From the NCBI RefSeq assembly GCF_009914755.1, contig NC_060934.1: 64,000 nucleotides of DNA; one strand, 5' to 3'. The first letter of the stretch is position 1; each line of letters begins with the position of its first letter. The DNA is from the human T2T-CHM13v2.0 reference genome, Homo sapiens. Shown in pieces: positions 57,874-64,000 of this stretch. The position numbers and the translations under genes were made by a program. The notes below the pieces were generated by a model. The model saw nothing but the letters and a program-made list of their open reading frames with translations. It was not told the origin of the DNA and searched no databases.

Positions 57874-58041
57874 TTTTTTTTTTTTTTTTTAGTTGAAATG
57901 GGGTCTTACTCTGTAACTCAGGCTGGAGTGTAGTGGCCCAATCATAGGGCACTGTAACCTCTAACTCTTGGGCTCAAGTGATCCTCCCACTTCAGCCTCC
58001 TGAGTAGCTGAGACTACAGGCACGTGCCACCACACCCAGCT
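57874..58041 (-). mobile_element. Alu right monomer (FRAM or AluJ fragment)
   Basis: Poly(T) followed by a right arm only. Confidence 0.85.
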
Positions 58042-58624
58042 CTCCTCTTATCTTACTGAGGTTAATACTATTTACATTTATATAGGTATACTTGATTTTT
58101 ATTTTTTGACTGCAGATTGACTCTAAAATTTCAAAGCCATGAAACACTTAACACATTTGTATTTGCAGTAAATGCCTACTATCAAACCAAACAGTTGAAC
58201 CAATAATAAAGGCACGCAAAAAGAAAATGTTAAGGGAAATGGATATCTTTTTTCTTTTTTTTAAACGCCAATAGATTGCTCAAAATGCATCACATTTTAC
58301 TTTGCATCATGTTTGCAGAATGGTTTTCTTTTATACTATTTTATTTTTCCTGGCATTTCTAATTGTCTTTCTTTTTCTGTTTTATATAAAGGATGTAATG
58401 TCTTCATTTTATCTCTAGGAACTTTGTAGTTCTTAATTATACATTTGTGTAATGGAATTCTCCTTCAGCCTAATTACATCCTTTACAGGATTCTGACTTA
58501 CTGTTCTAATCTGGAGTAATTTATTTTCCACCCTGATGCACAGTGTTTCTTCAGTAGTTCTTTTGGGTTAGCTCATTCTACTTGTTTATTTTCACATTTA
58601 TTTAGTATTGTTTTTAATAATTAA

Positions 58625-61600
58625 TTTTTAATTTTTGTGGGTCCATAGTAGGTGTGTAATTAATGGGTGACATGAGGTGTTTTGATACAGGCATGCAATG
58701 CATAATAATCACATCATGAGAACTAGGGTATCCATCCCCACGAGTATTTATCCTTTGTATTACAAACAATTCAGTTATTCTCTTTTTGTTATTTTAGAAT
58801 GTACAATTAAATTATTATTGACTAGTCACCCTGTTATGCTATCAAATACTAGGTTTTATTTGTTTATTCTATTTTTGTACCCATTAAGCAGCCTCACTTC
58901 CCCAACAACCCCTCACTACCCTTCCCAGCCTCTGGTAACCACCCTTCTCCCCTCTATCACCACAGGTTCAATTGTTTTGATTTTTAGACCCCACGAATAA
59001 GTGAGAACCTGCAATGTTTGTCTTTCTGTGCCTGGCTTATTTCGCTTAACACAATAGTCTCCATTTTCATCCATGTTGTTGCAAATGACTGAATCTCATT
59101 CTTTTTTATGGCCGAATAGTACTCCATTGTGTATATGTACCACATTTTCTTTATCTATTCATCTGTCGATGAACACTTAAGTTGCTTCCAAATCTTGGTT
59201 ATTGTGAAAAGAGCTGCAACAAACATGGGAGTGTAGATACTCCTTTGATATACTGATTCTCTTTCTTTTGGGGATATTCCCAGCAGTGGGATTGCTGGAT
59301 CATATGGAAATTCTATTTTTAGTTTCTTGAGAAATCCTTCATGATTCTCTATAGTAGTTGTAGTAATTTACATTCCCAGGAACAGTGTATGAGGCTTCCT
59401 TTTTCTCCACATCCAGCGTTTGTTATTGTCTGTCTTTTGGATATAAGCCATTTTAACTTGAGTGAGATTATGTGTCATGGCAATTTGAATTTACATTTCT
59501 CTGATGATCAATGATATTGCACAACTTTTCATAAGTCTGTTTGCCATTTATATGTCTTCTTTTAAGAAATGTCTATTCAAATCCTTTGCCCATTTTAAAA
59601 ATTGAATTTTTTCTGTAGAGTTATTTGAGCTCCTCATATATTCCAGTTATTATTCCCTTGTCAGATGGATAGTTTGTAAATATTTTCTCCCATTCTGTGG
59701 GTTCCCTCTTCCCTTTGTTGATAGTTTCCTTTGCTGTGCAGAAGCTTTTTAACTTGATGTAATCTCATTTGTCCAGTTTTGCTTTGGTTGCCCGTGCTTG
59801 TGGGATATTATTCCAGAATCTTTGCTCAAACCAATGTCCTAGAGAATTTCCTCAATGTTTTCTTGTAGCAGTTTCATAGTTTGAGGCCTTAGATTTAAGT
59901 CTTTAATCCATTTTGATTTGATTTTTGTATATGGTGAGAGACAGGGATCAAGTTTCATTCTTTTGCATATGGATATCCAGTTTTCCCAGCACCATATATT
60001 GAAGAGACTATCTTTTTCCCAGTTTATGTTCTTGGCACCTTTGTAAAAAATGAGTTCACTGTAGGTGTGTGGATTTATTTCTGGGTTCTCTATTATGTTA
60101 TATTGGACTATGTGTCTACTTTTATGCCAGTACCATGCTGTTTTAGTTACTATAGCTCTGCAGTATAATTTGAAGTCAGGTAATGTGATTCCTCATTTTG
60201 TTCTTTTTGTTTAGGATAGCTTTGGATATTCTGGGTTATTTTGTGGTTGCATATATATTTTAAGATTTTTTTTCTATTACTATGGAGAATGTCATTGGTA
60301 TTTTGATAGGTATTGCATTGAATCTGTAGATTGCTTCGAGTAATATGGACATTTTAACAATACAGATTCTTCCAATCCAGGAACATAGAATACCTTTCCA
60401 TTTTTTGGTGTCCTCTTTAAGTTCTTTCATCAGTGTTTTATAATTTTCATCATAAAGATCTTTCACTTCTTTGGTTATGTTAATTCCTAGGTATTTAATT
60501 TTATTTGTGGCTATTGTAAATGGGATTACTTTCCTGATTCTTTTCAGATTGTTCACTGTTGGCATATAGAAACACTACCGATTTTTGTATGTCGATTTTT
60601 TATCCTGCAACTTTACTGAATTTATTAGTTCTAATAGTTTTTTGATGGAGTCTTTAGGTTTTTCCAAATACAAGATCGTATCATCTGCAAACAAGGATAA
60701 TTTGCCTTCTTTTTTTCCAATTTGATTGCCCTTTATTTCTTTGTCTTGTCTGATTGGTCTAACTAGGACTTGCAGTACTATGCTGAATAACAGTGGTGAA
60801 AGTGATCATCCTTGTCATGTTCAGATCTTAGAGGAAAGGCTTTCAGTTTTTCTCTATTCAATATGATACTAGCTGTGGGTTTGTTGTATATGGCTTTTAT
60901 CATTTGGAGGTGTGTTCCTTTGAAACCCAGCTCTTTTAGGATTTTTATCATGAAGGGATGTTGAATATTATCAAATGCTTTTTCAGCATCAATTGAAAGT
61001 AATCATATTTTTTTGTCTATCAGTCTGTTGATATGCTGTGTCACATTGATTGATTTGCATATGTTGACCTATCCTTGCATCCCAGGGATAAATCCCACTT
61101 GGTCATGATGAATGATCTTTTTAATGTATTGTTGAATTTGGATTGCTAATATTTTGTTGAGAATTTTTGCATCAGTATTTACTAGTGATATTGTCCTATT
61201 GTTTTCTGTTTTTGATGTGTCTTTTATTTTATTTTATTTTATTGGCTTTTATTTTAGTGGGAGACATTTTATTATGGCTTTGATGTTGTTACTTGTTGTT
61301 AGTCTGTTCAGGTTTTGGAGTTCTTCATGGTTCAATCTTGATAATTAATAATGAGGTTATTAATTAATAATGGGGTTGCATGTGTCTAGGAATTTGTCCA
61401 GCTCATCTAAGTTTTCCAATTTATGGGCATATACTTGCTAATAGTAGCCACTTATGATGCTTTGGATTTTTGTGGTATCAGTTGTAATGTCTCCTTTTTC
61501 ATTTCTGATTTTATTTATTTGGATCTTCTCTCTTTTCCTTAGTCTGGCTAACAGTTTATCTATTTTGTTTAACTTTTAAAAAAGCAAACATTTTATTTCA

Positions 61601-61662
61601 TTGATCTTTTGTACTTTTTTCATTTCAATTTCATTTATTTCTGCTCTGATCTTTGTTACTAT
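58625..61662 (-). mobile_element. L1MA (MA1/2-like) ORF2-3'UTR
   Basis: ttttaatttttgtggg.catagtaggtgt...; antisense RT region tcatctgcaaacaagg; ORF 60260-60565 is ORF2p-like. Confidence 0.93.
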
Positions 61663-61679
61663 TTTTTATGTCTTGTTTT

Positions 61680-63742
<2,063 letters not shown>

Positions 63743-64000
63743 TTTTTTTTTTTATTTTTATTTTTATTTTTTTTATTGATCATTCTTGGGTGTTTCTTGC
63801 AGAGGGGGATTTGGCAGGGTCATAGGACAATAGTGGAGGGAAGGTTGGCAGATAAACAAGTGAACAAAGGTCTCTGGTTTTCCTAGGCAGAGGACCCTGC
63901 GGCCTTCTGCAGTGTTTGTGTCCCTGGGTACTTGAGATTAGGGAGTGGTGATGATTCTTAACGAGCATGCTGCCTTCAAGCATCTGTTTAACAAAGCACA
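63743..64000 (-). mobile_element. SVA 3' end (SINE-R plus poly(A)), continues beyond the window
   Basis: tttattgatcattcttgggtgtttct.gcagagggggatttggcagggtcataggacaatagtggaggg...gagcatgctgccttcaagcatctgtttaacaaagcaca is the canonical antisense SVA terminus. Confidence 0.97.

Overview
This is hominid (human or great-ape) non-coding genomic DNA, not microbial. The window is dominated by interspersed repeats: ~25 Alu/FAM copies, L1 elements of many ages (L1ME, L1MB, L1MA, L1PB, L1PA), solo LTRs (MER4, MER51/61-like, MER66-like, THE1, MST, MLT1, LTR33, LTR16), DNA transposons (MER58, MER1A, MER53, Tigger3), MIR/L2/L3 relics, and the 3' end of an SVA at the right edge, which restricts the source to great apes. 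I found no host protein-coding exon; the ORF track is Alu or L1 ORF2 remnants or chance ORFs. The most notable structures are: two local inverted duplications inside old TEs (41.2-41.7 kb, 48.5-49.6 kb); two short hairpin insertions in L1MA copies; an L1PA insertion without a TSD that replaces the ORF1 of a host L1M and carries a possible 3' transduction; one L1-endonuclease site hit twice; a TAATTA-rich candidate enhancer at ~54.8-55.0 kb; and a CpG-retaining, ETS-bearing patch in an ancient L2 with plausible splice sites. I found no convincing new biological system. Subfamily names come from recalled consensus diagnostics, and boundaries of old repeats are approximate.
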